Part shown: piece by piece, positions 15,401 through 30,200 of the stretch
Layout of the letters: each line of letters starts with the position of its first letter
How positions within the stretch are numbered: the first letter of the stretch is position 1
Origin: Fimbriosthenelais zetlandica
Lineage: Eukaryota
Assembly (NCBI GenBank): GCA_977030845.1
Contig: OZ365112.1
Location: forward strand, 12,772,001 to 12,836,000
Direction of reading: 5' to 3'
DNA length: 64,000 nucleotides
Position numbers and translations under genes: made by a program
The notes under the pieces: model-generated
What the model saw: the letters and a program-made list of their open reading frames with translations, nothing else
Databases searched by the model: none
What the model was told of the DNA's origin: nothing

Positions 15401-16444
15401 CCTCTTTCAAATTCAGCGTAAACAAAATATGACCCTGATGATAAAGGTCGTTGCTTGCCTTTACCCACTGTTTATGTACTACATTCGCCTTGATACAATG
15501 AAAAGTCAACACTCGGTCAAAGCCATCCACCTTCCTCCTACATGGACGTGAATAGGACTGGGTCGGGAGCTTCCTTGATGAACGAGGTGACATTTACAAG
15601 ATTTCAGAGAGAGGGGTTGATGCATGAGTGATCTGCAGTGACACCATCTATAGAGATTTGACACATTTTTGCCTTGTGAAATCTCTTTGATGAAGTCTGC
15701 AGCTGGTCCTTAATTTGTGCGCGCTTCACCCTACACTGCCCATAGTGTACAATACATTGTCAATGTTCACGTTAAAAATGTGAATTGCCTGTTCCATAAT
15801 ATATATCTTCTCTGGATGTACCTTGCAATGTTTTAGACGTACAATCCTGCACAAATTAGGATGCAACCCCCCTCCTCCTATTCTACTTAATGTGAAAATT
15901 TCTCCTGAAATATGAAATACCATGAATGCGACTGTACAAACGCACTGGTCTGTTCAAGGCATCAGAATTTAATCCCAGAATTTAATGCATTTTGCACCAT
16001 AGAAGCAGGGATTTCTCCTATTTGACATTGTGAATACTTACCAATATGAGCGTTGATGCACCTGACCGTATTGCCCGTCATCTGGCCGTGCGATATGGCC
16101 CCGTGTTTATACCTCTCGTACAGGTCCAGCATATACTGGGGAGGCACGAGTGTTAAACTGTTAGATTTCCCATTCACTCGTCCTCCACCTCCCACAATAA
16201 TCTTCTCCCCCACACCCTTCACTTCATGGGGAGCATCTTTAAAGCCTAATAATTTCTTCACAGCGTGATGTAGCGCTACAGTTTGTTTTTTGTTTAATTG
16301 GGTGGTGGCCACCGTCTCCAAGTCTTTGTCATTATGTCTGTGACTTTTAACTCCTTGTATGATAGAAGATAGGGTGAATATTAGCAAACCAAGGACCACC
16401 AGAGTCCGAGGTTGTGATCCTTTCTGGCCTGTTTGAATAGCCAT
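435..16444 (-). CDS. BMP3: BMP3/GDF10-family TGF-beta ligand, 3'-partial. Exon 1 is 16444-16042, exon 2 is 1630-435, and the final exon lies left of the window.
   Basis: Exon 1 encodes a hydrophobic signal peptide ([15 protein letters not shown]) and the prodomain motif [12 protein letters not shown]. The splice ATT G|gtaagt joins ttgcag|GG as a phase-1 junction. Exon 2 encodes the prodomain ([14 protein letters not shown]), an RKRR-S furin site and the knot start [40 protein letters not shown]. This matches vertebrate BMP3 [40 protein letters not shown], and the phase-0 intron falls after the equivalent Lys. 533 codons lie in the window. Confidence 0.9.
8163..8312 (+). repeat. Diverged tandem duplication, period about 80 bp
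   Basis: aaactagggg..ggaaaggataaaaa..ctagtattatgtaata recurs as aaactagggg..ggaaggataaaaa..ttagtattatataata. Confidence 0.7.
14388..14680 (+). repeat. Diverged tandem duplication, period about 169 bp
   Basis: tgcataatgc..aggtct..tatctttaaaaataaacttgc..tgaaaatattg occurs twice, starting at 14388 and 14557. Confidence 0.7.
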
Positions 16445-16637
16445 TGTGTACGCTCTCTATCGCGACCAACTCCGCTTAATGCTTAAATATGATTTACTAA
16501 TCCTCCTTTATCAGGCTTTTATCCAGCCAATATTGTATGTGGATTAACGTGCATTATCCTTTCGATGAGTCACTCTTATCACCCACTGGTGCAACTCTCC
16601 AAACAAGCATCACACTCTTTCAACACACAACAATTGC

Positions 16638-16645
16638 CTTTTATA
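16638..16645 (-). promoter_or_regulatory. Candidate TATA box (TATAAAAG) of the BMP3-like gene
   Basis: Exact TATAAAAG on the minus strand, about 195 nt upstream of the ATG at 16444. Confidence 0.4.
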
Positions 16646-19600
16646 AATCGTACCCTTCCACGAGATCACCACCTCTCTGCGACCAATGCTGTAGTAGCTC
16701 GTGTGAATGTGTGAGGCAAGTAGTATGAGTGTCTTTCACTTTTCGCACGCTGACAGAGACACTTGAGTGAGTTATATGACTTTTGTGTATGATATGACTC
16801 TTGTAGTTACAATGTCTTCCAGCTTCAAGAAGTCACGCCATTGGTAGAAGGTAAAATGAATTGACGCGGGGAGACTGCGGGCAGGGTTTTGCGTGCCGCG
16901 TTTGTTAATGCTTTCCCCCGTCCTTAAAGAGCCTTCACTCCGCTTTCTGTATCCACTGAACACCTCCCAGTGTAGTACTGAATCTAATGTATGACTTTAT
17001 GCCCTACTGCCTTCCCTATATATACTAGAGAGATGGATAATTATTAATATTATGCTTGCATCAATTCCTGGATGTATTCCAGCGATGGTATAGAGTCAGA
17101 GATCCATAAATGACATGTGCATTGTTTAAGCAGGCGCCATCCTTGCAATGATCACCACATCAGGTATGATTATATTCCAAAGGGAGGAGAGTCTCACTGC
17201 TTTATGGACCTTCCCTCCAGCAAGGATCACAAGTAACCCCCGGCTTCCAGACGCGCCTCAGGCCAACTGGATCCCTGAAACACAGTGTGAAAGGTATATA
17301 TAAAGATAACTAGCAGGATTATCGTCCATTAAGCTATCGTATTAAGCGATAGGAGATAAGAGAGATTATTCATCAGCAATTGGGAGGACTTTCCGTCCTT
17401 CAAACTGACTTGTCAGATAAAGTAATTCACAGTTTATTGGCAGGTGATATAACCGCTCCACGTGATTTTCAACATATTGCAGCAATGCATTTACCTCCCA
17501 CCCACTCCCCCACTCCCATTTGGAATCATAGGAAACATGACCAATTCATTTTTCCATTATGAACAATATAGCAAGAAAAATGTTGGTCTTTGGTCTCTTG
17601 GAACTTCAGAAGTATCTAGCAATAGGAAAACATATCTTTTTACCAAGGTAACTCCCCTATCCATGAAATCAAAGACATTTGGTGTGAGTTATAGTAACAG
17701 AAAAGCGCAAGCATCTGATGTGAGTTGTTCTCAAAGTAAGAAACACATTTACAAATAGAGCACAACTTACCTGGATCAATCTGGCATTTCCCGGTATAGT
17801 CCAGATTTATCTCCACCAGTGAGTTATCAAGGTATGGGGTTCGGACAGTTTTACCATGAGTGAATCACACACCATCTGGCCTTCACTCCTCCTGGGCACC
17901 TTACTCTATACGCCTTCTTCCCTCTCTAGTGGCTACAACCATTCTGTCTGCGCTAGTTTACACACATGCCGCCACATGAAAGTAGTCCGATCGCGTCTTG
18001 TCCAATCAGAACGCGGCGCATGTGTACATCATTTCATCACAAGTTCCCTTTATAAATAAATTTTGCACGGCAGGCCATGTAGGGGCCCCAGGCATTCCTT
18101 ACAGCCAATGGAAGATAGTTTATAGCAAGTTATACGGGCTTATAATAGAGCTTTTTATCCCCACCTTTATACTTTTATGCCCCTCTTTCTTTTCTTTTCT
18201 ATCTTCCCAATAGTGTGAATCAGCAGGGGTAGTAACGTCAAAAACAAATTGCGACGCCAGACTTAATGCCAGACTAGCATATATAGATACTGCGCCTACA
18301 TCAAAAGTAGGAACATCCTTCCTCATGCGATTGAACAGATAGAAAGTGGCAGGAAGCTTCACAAGTAGAACGCACAACGAGCTAAATTACAGTATTGTCG
18401 CCACCAGTCAATCGTACAGGCGAGATAGTAAGATGATGAAGACGTCTTAAATGTCCTTAAAGGGGCTCAGGCATTGGCTGGTCTCAAGAGGGGGAAGATT
18501 CGTACAGCGAGCACGCCCATCTCCATTGACCATTCAGTTCACTGGCAATTAGCAGATTTCTTTCTCCAAATAGTAACTTGGACATATAACCTTTGACTGG
18601 TGCTGGGGCGCCTCTGGCTGGTGCTGGGGCGTAGAGAGGGTTGGAGAGGTCGCTGGGGGCTGATTGCTGGCAAAAGGCAATGCTGGAAAACGCCTCTCGA
18701 GAGAGGCAAAACGAGGGGCTAAACACCTCATTATTGGCCATACCAGGGGGTAAGCTTCTCCCTGCAATAATCTCCATGCAATCTCATGCAATTCAGGGAA
18801 AGAACACCTCACCTCCACCCTGGAGAATGACCATCATGAGTCATTTATTTGAAGTGATGCGCCGGGGAATGTAAATCTGTTTTGTGGCCGTGACCTGTGT
18901 TTGCTATTGGGATGATTGTTTCCAGGTAAAGGATCTGGTCTAATGCTCACAGATTGTTCCTCTTATCATCCTCATATTGATATCGATTGACGAGAGTGAT
19001 GTCCATAGCCTTTCAGAATAATAATTAGCTCTTCTTTCAACATTGTTTATTGAATTGTTTAGTCATCGATTGCTCATAGAACAATGCATGCATTTGGTCA
19101 TTGCCCTAGAGAGAGAGAAGGGGTATATATTATCAGTTTTTGTAATGACTAGGTGAAATGTCGACTTTTGTGCTGAAAGCAATCACTATAATTGAGGGGA
19201 CATAAAATATTGTTTTCGATATCTGATGTTTTCGCCAGCTTAATCCTGCTAGAAGCATGTCATGATACATAGACCTGGGAATATTGTTGCGATAAAAAGC
19301 AATACTGTCACCTATAGTCTTTTCTCTGGTCAGCGCCCCATAAACAGGAAGTCATTATATCCGCTAGGGGTCGGCTCTCAACTACTTCCGGCGCTATAAG
19401 GTGTGAGGGCACATCGTAAAAGGTAGAAAGTGTAAGAGAAGGAAGGAGGGAGCATATCCACCGTGAGGCTGATTTATTCACGCTAACGATGCAATTACTC
19501 GCGGCATTCTTTAACTTACAACCTCTATTGTCTGCTTCCTGGAGCTATCCTGCCTTGGAAATGTCAGTATAGAAATGAGGGTTTGGAATTTGGCTTCGCG

Positions 19601-22600
19601 CCCTTTCTATACAAAGGGATGGACCCACTCTGGTCCTTTAATGCAAAGAGGTTTGTAAACCTGGATCTCTCCCTTTATTTAATCCTATGTACTTGGTGCC
19701 CTTTCACTTCTTGGCAGGTCAATCATAGGATTAAACCATTACACTCACTCTTTCCCTAAGCCTAGCTGATCCTTTAATACCCATTATAGGTGAGAGATCA
19801 TGTTCAGTTTTATCTTGTCTCCCTGCGGTTATCATCCCGCTATTAAAGGATTAGTAAGCTTGATCATTTCTCTTAGAGAAAATCTGCACAATGACATATA
19901 TGGGCATTAAGCCTGATTAAAATAGGCCCTGATCTGGAAAATCAGATTGTATTCACAATTATACTGAACGGTGTAATTAGGACAGATTTAATGCCCATTA
20001 TATACAGGGGAGTCCACACCAGAATGACCAGATCCCTCCATACTGATTGTCATTACGATCCTATGAATATCTTGAACATTTTGTGTTGCATACCTATATA
20101 TATAGTCCCTTGTGGACCATATCCGTTCTCGAAACAATGCAAAAATGCAATGAAACAATGCCAAAACGAAGGGATAGGTCCTATTTTTTAGGCAATTTAC
20201 TTTCTTCATGGTGGGAGGAAAAACTCTGAAAGAAGCAATTAATCTTCTTTCATGGCCTTTGTGACTTTGCCTCCTCACAATTGCACTGCATGTTTACATG
20301 CTAGGGTGAATCCTCGCATGTTTTAGACTGCCTTTAAGGAACCTCGTGTCTCAGGGGGTAGTGCGTGACCTCTGATGTAACACAAACAAAAATGAGAATG
20401 ACAAAGGAAGGGAATGCAGTGTGTGGAAAATTGACACAAACCAACTTAGCTATTTTACCCAGTGCGATACAATGAAATGCCAGGTCAAATTTTGTGCATT
20501 GATTGTTGAAACATTCAATGATGGGTCGAATTGACTTAGAAGATACTATATTGTTATTTTCTCTGAAACAATATCACAGTTAATGTTGAGCAGAACTAAG
20601 ATGCTCATTCGTATATTGGGGAAAAACAATTGCAGTAGGTTTTATATTGGCCTATCTAAACACTACATTGATTTCTATTCCATTGTATCTCTACTGAAAT
20701 GGCCTGCAATGGAACGAACCCAATACATTATCAGAGGTCGCCAGCATTTCAGTCTTCATTGACTCTTGAATGTTGCTTACATGTACATTAGTGACTGGGT
20801 GGCTTCTACCGTTTTAGCAGCCCTTCAATCCCGGATACAAATCTCCTTAAGGGAGGAGATACGATCGAGCTATATGCCTTCTGTCGTGGGAAACCCAGCC
20901 AAGGCCCATAAACAGAACTAATCCCGAACAATAGGTCTAATGAGGAATCTACTTTAGTGGAGGGGAGCCGCGTCTCTAAGGCGAACGATACAATCTAACT
21001 TCCAAGATGGAGACTGGCTTCTGGAGAGGGTGTTAACAATAGGCGATTTAATGCTGATTTCAAGTAACTCTATGATATTAGGCACAGGGCTTGTATTTCT
21101 GTTTGAGTCAGCTTTTACTGTATTTAAAGATTCCTATCAAATAGTATGCTTATGACTTAAGAATGCTTGGAATTAACTTTTATTGAATAAATGCTCTCAT
21201 TCGCGATGTTGCCAAAATCGAGGAATGGTTTTCGCTTCACTTCTTCGCGAGCAATGCAGCAAAAAATCATTTCTATTTATCATATATACATTTGTGGCAA
21301 TATTAGTATATCAACACTATTTCTTATATGACCTTAGTGCAACCAAGCTTATAATATAATTGTCCTCACTACAAATATACCTTGGTACATCTGAAATGAA
21401 TCGTGGAAAACTGTATCAATGTACTTTGTAGAATGCAGCAGTTTTTTTTGTAAACCGTTTCTTTCTTCCCCTCCATGGGAACAGCTGAGAACGCAATCCC
21501 ATGCAAAAGAGACAAAAACCTCAAGGATACATATGTGTATTCCCTCCTTGGGACTTTTCAAGCTTTCCGTCCGACTTGGCTGGGACTATCCAGGTATGCT
21601 AGAATGGCTCCAGACCTCAGATCGCCCTTGATGGCACGGACTGATAACATTGAAAACTTCTGGGGTGTTTATACCTGGTTTGGAACCGTCAAACAAGTCC
21701 ATGTTGTGGTAGTATATAACATGGTGGTAGGTATATATGTGCCCCATGTATATACAACCATGTGGTTTCTACATGCAAAAAATAACTGAACTTATATATT
21801 GGGCGAACGTAAACATGGCACGGTTTTAAAAATAAATTCCTCATATTCTTGAATTTTCTATTATAAACATTCTTTATTTTTGAATAATAGATTTTCTCTG
21901 GTTTCAAAAAGAGAGATATAAGTGGATTTTGAAGGTTAGAAATAGTTCGAATTATTGGAAGTTTTTAGTTTATATTTTTCTTAAGTGACTGAGAAAATAT
22001 ATGGCATGGTTGTTCCAACCAACGTGACAGGACAAATTATTTTGATAAAAGTTCTTAATGATGTCCTCTTTTGGCCTCAGGTGGCGTTGAAATTGCAACT
22101 TGTCAGGGAACGATAAAAACATGAATTATACCCAGAAATGTGCCCGGAGAGTGACATATGGAAGATGTGTAGTGGCTAGTTGCTGTATTGGGGGGTGGGG
22201 GTGTCTATATCCTTCCCTTTCTCACCGTCCTTGACAATCATCCCTCCCCAGTATTTCACAGAGGCGTGACAAAGCCTCCAAAAAAGGTCCCCACAGGTGC
22301 CAAATTCTAAAGTGTTGGTTAACTACATACAAATTTTCTCTATAAAAAAAATTAACTTTGATTTATATAGCACAAAGCCCCTTAATTGTATTCTGTGTCT
22401 CCCTGAGGAAAAGGAAAATGAGAAGAAAGAATCGACAGGCTATCAGTGTTATTTTCTTGAGTGAGTGGAATGTGGGTGACTGAAGCACTGCGCCGAGTGT
22501 TGGTATAGGATGTGAATGGTTACACTATAAGATCTACAAATTACCTAACTCCACTAGTTTGACAGTGTAAACCTTCAATGATACTAGGATAGTACGCTCC

Positions 22601-24248
22601 GTGAGATCATTCCACTCCTCTAAACATTATCTCTAGTCATGTAAAAATAGCAAATAACACTGATAGCCTGTCGACTCACCCAATGCTTCTGGAACGTGAA
22701 CCAAACTTTAGTTTATGGCCTTGCAGAGTGCTTCCTGTAGATTCCCCACTGATAACTATTTTTCTTGGTGATAAAATATCTTATGCTCATGGGAGGAGAG
22801 CTTATCCTCACCAATTGGATAAATAATCGATTGTATCGTGATGATAATCATATTGGTCAGGGAATTGGTATAAAGTATTAGGTAGTTCTAACCTTAGATA
22901 ATTGATTTCACTTAAAGATATAGCCGTCTGATGTCACAGTAGAGAGAAATTAATGTGATGGTTTACCCCAAAATAAGAAATGTCTAAGATGTTTGACTAG
23001 CCAATCAGAATGGATGATATAATATCATTTATATCCACTAGAGGTCACCTTTGTACACAACAGAGATAGCAAGGGGGGATTGGTGACTTCTGATTGGTCA
23101 GAGTTGATCAGCAGCACACATGTCGTCACTTCCTGGCGCGATTTTTAAAAGACATGAATGGTGGCCATCAGATTAAAATTCATAGCGCAGTGTTTACTTG
23201 ATATTTCTCTTAGGATATTGCATATACGGGTCACCACGTTTCGCCAGTCTACAAATAAATCCCCACTTTATGTATTTCGTATCCATTTAACCTACATGTA
23301 TATGACAACTTAATATTTATTTCTGTTTTTATTTAGGATATTTGGGCCCTGAATATATTATTATCATAGGAATGTTCACCACATAACCAATATTGGATTC
23401 GAATCATATTTTATTTCACATAAAGTAATTTCTAAATCAATATCGTGACATAAAAATTCAATAAGGGAGAGGCTAAATTAACAAAGGGTGACGAAATTAA
23501 GGCAGAGTGACCAAATGTGTAAAGCAGAGTGGCCAAAGGCAAGGTTTGCGAAAGTTTCGAAATTTTGACCATTCTTTGCTGTACAATCTTTCCTATCCCT
23601 TCAGTCATGCACTAGCAATAAGCTCTCTATTTCTGTTACAATCATCGAAAAGAAATTAGTACCAAATCTGCTGACTACATGAGTATGAAGTGCGGTATAT
23701 TAGGTTTACAATTTCAAATGTTTGAGCCGAGATCCTGTTCGCTAAAGCATGCCATAAGTAGATTATTACAATGAAACAATGGAATGACTACATAGACTGG
23801 ATGATGAGCAGGCTCTATATTTGATGCAATAACAATAGATATCAGAAACATTCCCTAAAATTAATTTGTGATATAAATAAATAAATAAAAATACAAGAAA
23901 TAAAACCTCGCGCAAATACAAGAATCAAACGGCATATATAGGCTACAATCTAACAATCGTGTCCATATATAATTTATAAACAAACCAAGAAATCATTTTG
24001 TAGTAGAGCGTTCTGTATGAAGGGCTACATACACTGTCCAGACTTTTTGGGAGCTGAGCCGAGTGATGGCCTGACTTTTTAGTACGAATTCTAGCACACA
24101 GTCGGATTCGATATCCACATCAACTTGGCCAATTTTGGACCAGAATGCAGGCTGCCACCATAACATCGGTGGCGGTTTGCAGTGGTTGTTGCCCTTCAAA
24201 AATAAGCCAAGAAACCATTTTGAAGTAGAGAGTTGTGTATGAGGTGAT

Positions 24249-27200
24249 TTAATGATTTAAGACTTGGGTCTGGAGCGCCACGTGAGACAGACGTTGATGT
24301 TCCTTGGTGTGAACGTCGAGGATGTGACGTTCTTCCCGCGTCACGTCCCGATGTTTCTGGAGCGTTATGAAACTTTCTTCACGTTCAGCATGCAGCTGTA
24401 AAACAAAGACATAAATATTAAATCTTCACATTCCTACCAAGTCATTAGATCAAATTGCCCACATTTTAATGCCCCAAAATATCTGAAATCTTCCAAATTT
24501 AGTTTCATGGATTTGGAGGTTTTTCATTTGGCACTGTTCGAAAGGGAAAAGTTATAGGCAATGCGAGCTTCTTTTATCATTTTGTATTGTATAAAATAAC
24601 ATTATACGAAGGGTGGGAACATAACAAATATACATGACAAGTCAACAGGGGCACAAATAAGCATCTTCGGATGTCATCTCGTTTTCCCTAGAAAGTTCAC
24701 AGAGAAGTTCATCATTACAATGCTCACGTTTTAAGGGAACTATATAGAGGGTATATATGTATGTTTGCCACATTTTTGTTAATAGAAAGTGTTTGTTTCA
24801 AAGAGAAATTATCAAATTTTGAATTAAATTTGGAGGTCTTAAAGCTATATGAGGAGGATTGGAAGTACCATTTAACTGTGTGTTAGTTTACTGAGTGGTA
24901 TATTCGGTTGAGCCGAGCTTGCTCTTTCTCGTGTTCTGACAGAATATGCCTGTCTTTCCGCAGGCTCTCCCTTTGCCTTTGCAGTTCCGCGTAGTGCTCT
25001 TCCTTCTCAGCGTGAGCCTGTCAAAACCACGAGAAAAGCGTTTAAGCATAAATGATGAAATGGCTGCTCTATGTGTGGCTACTATTAGTCTATGGGGTGG
25101 TTGGATTATTGTAGCTACATGCAGGATATCAGCATCATTTCAAGTGTGGCATCTAAAATAAAAAATACCATAAATACATTACATAAAGAGTAAATTATTA
25201 CACAAAACACACCTACATAAATTACCCAACAAAATATACAAATAATTACAGCAATCATTAATGATCACTTTCAGCATTTTCTGAGATGTTATATAAAATG
25301 TACACAACAGCAGCATTAGTACTGATATATTTCCTGGTAATTTCCCCTAACAGTGGCCTTATATTGCCCCAGTGCAGCACAGCAAGTATTCTGTACCTAG
25401 TTGTGATTTATGAATAAGAATGCAGCCATTCATTACTATGAGGACTGCTTGGCCTTTCGGTCACTGCTGTGTAGGGACTCCTTGCTCTCCGTGGTACGGT
25501 GGCGGGTAACTGCTCGTTATGGCCTTATTCCCGCCCTGGGCACCAGAAGCTCTGGCTATAGCTTCTCTTATGGATGGAACAGACCAGATCGTTTTTGCAG
25601 TGGCGCTCATGGAATATGCCATTAATTTATAAATATACTCGCCTTGGTCAGTCTCCTTGTGCAACAGCCAGCCGAGGGTGCGTGCACCTCAATCAAGAAA
25701 CGTATAAACCATAGCCTTTACGACTTGATTAGATTGATACACTCAATTCCTGGCATTTTTCTTCTGAAGTTGCATGACAAGAGAAACACAACCCACCAGA
25801 GGCGTCTACACTGCAGTATGTTCTAGCCATTATGGGTTAGATCCATTGGGGTTCTTTTGCCTTGTCAGTGTTGCGATTTTGTTGCGGGTAGACTTTGTTT
25901 CAGCCTATTATATGGCTTCAACTACCATATCTACCACACATCTGCACTATAATTATATAGGCAACCCTCGCAAATAGCAAGATCCTATATAAAAGGGCAG
26001 ACATATTTTAAGACATATCTTACATAGTGTAGATATCATGTCCACATGATCCCAGTTAAAGAGTACATTAAAAATGGCCACGAGAAAGTGTGCAAAGGAG
26101 GCTAAACAAAGGAGGTAATACGTCAAAAGTGTATTTAAGACAGGCAGCACAGTCTGTGGTGGAATTACCCTAGGGGAATCATCTCCACCACAACCAAGTC
26201 TGGCACACAATCAGAAAGCTGACCAATAAATACCACTTTCCTCCACAAACTCATTTATATCCTCTCTTGACAAATAGGCATATGATGTCATATATCACTC
26301 AGGTAATTGGTGGATAGCCTTGAGAATGAATAAGATTTCCTCAGGTAAAAACTCTATGATTTCCTGGGTTTCTTGAGGAACTGGTATTTATCATAAACAT
26401 AAAGGTAGATAACCCCGGCAAGTACAGATCTAGAGATTATAGATCCTAAAACTGCGCAGTTATGTTAACCCTTTCGCGGCGAGCAATGCCTCAAGGCACT
26501 CCCGTGCAGTGGACGGACAATGCATTAATGCATTGTGAGCTCTTTTTGACCGATTTAGAATGAGGAATTTGCTATATTTTGGTGAAAATTTTGTTTCAAT
26601 ATTCCAACTGAAAGCCGAGATATTGACTTTCGAATTCGGTAATGTCCATTGTTTTTCAGAAATATTGATTTCCCGAAAGCCCAATATTTATATAGAAAAA
26701 ATGACTCTACATTTGGAAGAAAAAAGTTATAGGAAAACTAATATTAAGTATTTTGTTCACTATTTCCTAAATTCTGATCCGATTAGTGCAAAGTAAATTT
26801 TATTTGGTAAGTCAAATTCTTGGCTTGGGATATTTACTCGTATTTTAGAATTTCTTTTGAAGACCGTTTCCATGGTAACAACCAAAGTCAGGGACCTCAT
26901 TTTTTCAGAAAATTTTGTTGCCATGGTAACCAAAATATCCAGTTAGAAAATAATTGTTCTGCCAAGAAAAAAATGTTATTTAATTCGGGGGAACATTTTA
27001 TGTCTGAGAGATTTAGGGGTTTTTGAGCGGATTTTTAGAAATATTTTCTCATTTTCTTGCCCTAAATATTATTATAAAAGGGGCCAAAGTTTTGAAAATA
27101 TTGTTTTAAATCTTATGCTAGTAGCTGTTCACAGATGTATGGCACTGAAATAATTGTTAGATAGTTGGATTCAGTGAATCTGGTTGAACAATAAAACAGC

Positions 27201-30200
27201 TGGTATTAAAATGTTGTGAAAGCTTTTGGGGGCATTCATGGTGTCTAAAAACTCTGAAAGATCCCCGTTTTGGACCCTATGGCAGTAACCCTCGTCCTCT
27301 CAGGGGATGCACTAAATTTGTGGCCGTCCCGAAAGGGTTAAGGGTTTGGCTGGTCTACCTTTATTAAGGGACATGTTAAAACATAGGGCAAACTTCGGGC
27401 AAAGTGGCATGTCCGAAGCCTCCATAAAGTACAATATTTCTTATCTGTTGTGTTAACAAAAGCATTATCTTGTCAATAGGTTGGTAATAGCTCTCATGAA
27501 CATGCTCTCAGACACCCTCCTCCGGGCTGGGAGGAGATAGCAGGGGTCCTCTTTGAATGCCTCTAGTGTCTAGCACGTCAAAGTGAAGCCAGTTTTTCTA
27601 AGATTGATCCCCTTCCTGCCAAAATAGCCTGCTTACTAGGGAGCCTTTTATGTGTGGGAAGAGGCTATCAGATAAGACATGCAGCATGAAAGATTAAAAA
27701 AAGAGAAGCCCTGGTGTGTGCAAACGATACCTGGAGATATCATCTTCCGGGAGGTGGAGTTAAAGTGAAAGTCTACACAAAATAATAGAGAAATAAGATG
27801 CTACAAGGGGTGGGGAAAGACCAATGTGATAAAGGTCAAGGTTCAACTTACCCTACAAAGTTTTGATTTGCTAATTAATTTCTTGTCACAAATCCAAGAA
27901 GTGTGACTGGAATATATAAAGTCATCAACAAGTCAATTACTAAAGGCTACAGAAGGCAATAGTTACCCCCTTTAAGATGATGACATGTGTTTAGGGAAAC
28001 CTCTAGGAGGGAAAGCCTGGCATGGGGCGAAGTCCTTAACTAGGGGGGAAACGATCCTCACTGTCATGAGGCCTTGTTAAAGTGCTGAATGGATCGACCA
28101 AGTCGACACGGTCGACAGGCAGGCATAATGAAATACCTGTAAGGGCACATAAATGGTAGCGGAACCGGAAGATAATGACTTTGTCATGGCAACAAAGACG
28201 CCATAAACGCCACCGCCACAATGCCTTCAAAGGAGGGGCACAGAGGGAAGGTCCGCTCCCGAGAGAGATAGATTATATAGGGAGATCTATTTAAGGTTGT
28301 TAGAAATCCCTGATATAGCACATCAGGCCGGATCAAAGATTGCCCAAGAGATGGTTTAGCGGAATGATGAAGTCCAACAGATGAGGGGGTTAATTCCCCC
28401 TCTATTATATCATGTATATAGGCCTAATTTTATGTTTTATTTGAGGAAAACCAGCTGTGATGTTGACATTTTTGGGACAATGTAAAGATTACGTACAGTG
28501 AAAATGATAAGCATGCACAGTTTTCTAGGAAAAGTGTTTGTTTGCTGCTTGGACTTTGGCATGCAGATTCTAGTCCCTTGTCTTGACGAAAAAAACCTGA
28601 ACCAAAAAATATCTAAAAACTTATTGTGAGTTCGTGTCACGAGCCGCACCTCAGTGACCTTTGACCTCACCTGGCTCCTGGCCGGCCATCTATACAGGTT
28701 GTAATAATGTCCACATGGTGCCAGATGCTACATGATATACACATGCCACTATAAGTATGTATGTCCTACAGGTCTCACCCCCATACCAGCCAACATACCA
28801 GGCTTTTTTCACCTCCTTTACTTACAGGCTTGGCTCGTGCATATTTTATTTTTCTCCAATTTTCCTTTAAAGTATGGAGTAAATTTTAAAGTGTCATTGT
28901 TTTGAAGGTGCCAGTCGGAGGGGTGTATTTCATCCACTTAGATTTAGTATTCCCAGCTTTTGATAAGTAAGTTTTCAGTGATGCTAAAACTGAACTGGTT
29001 ACGATTCTCACTCAGCAGCTTAGCTGTGATCACAATTTGAAAATTCAAGAGTTGATCACGAAAGCGATTGCAGTGACAGTGTGATTGAAGAAGATTGTGG
29101 CCTGAGGCCACCTTTTCAATGAACACAGGTGAGTTGATGACAATGGAGCAGGCAAAATGCAGCCTCGCAGCGAGCCCATTCACACCCGTAACCTAAGATC
29201 CTCTAATGGTAGCGAGTGCCTAAAGTCACTACCACCCCTTCAATTACCTGACAGGGGTAGAGCAAGGGGCAGGCAGGCTTATATTATAGTCCTACCTTTA
29301 ATATGTGAATCATAAGACAGGTTCTCAGTGTAAATACACACCTCTCTACCTACCTTTGAGAGGTGAAGTCAACATAATGAGCCTCTTGACTGAAATGACT
29401 CTATTATATTGAGTGTTCACCCTCCTTTGTATAGCATAGATAAATCAAGGTGTGATCAGCGGTGTAGTGTATATATATGGCTGTCAAAGAGCCTGTGAAT
29501 ATGAATGCTATTTCACATTGTGTGGATATGGAGGGGGACAGGTGAGAGAGCCATGCTTAACGCCTGGGACAATGCTTCTATAGCTGACTGAGGACACTAT
29601 CCTACTTACACTAACGATAGCTAATCACTCAGTGATGAATAACATGCTTTCCTCCACCACTGGACATTGTCCCATAACTCAAGGCCCTTTTTACCGGGGG
29701 ATCAACCAAATAAGGTCCTCACATGTTGACCGCCTTGGGTCATAACTCACCCTAGTTTCTTCTTCATCTCAAGGGCCATATATACTAACATTCACTCCAC
29801 AAGTAAACCATATCGGTTTATTTATGGACATTCAAAATAATATTTTGTATAGATTTATGCTTTTACCTCATGCATAAATCACTCAGAGCTTGAGGCATTG
29901 TAAATGTTGATCATATAAGGCTAAATCTGTAAGGAAATTTGTTAAAACGCAATTTACCATTCATTAGGATGATGTATTTGTGGAAAGGTATTAGGTTCCG
30001 ACATCTCCAAGTTCAAGATGCACCCAGATGTGCCCCAAAATCCTACTGACAATAGAGACTTTTGGTTGATTTTGAAATAGCAGCCAAATAATGTGCCTTT
30101 AAGGGCTCGAGTGCTTCCAGCAAATAAGAAATATATACAGGACCATGGTGAATGGCTGAAAAAGAGACATTAGCAGCTTAATTGGAAGATCTAATGATTA

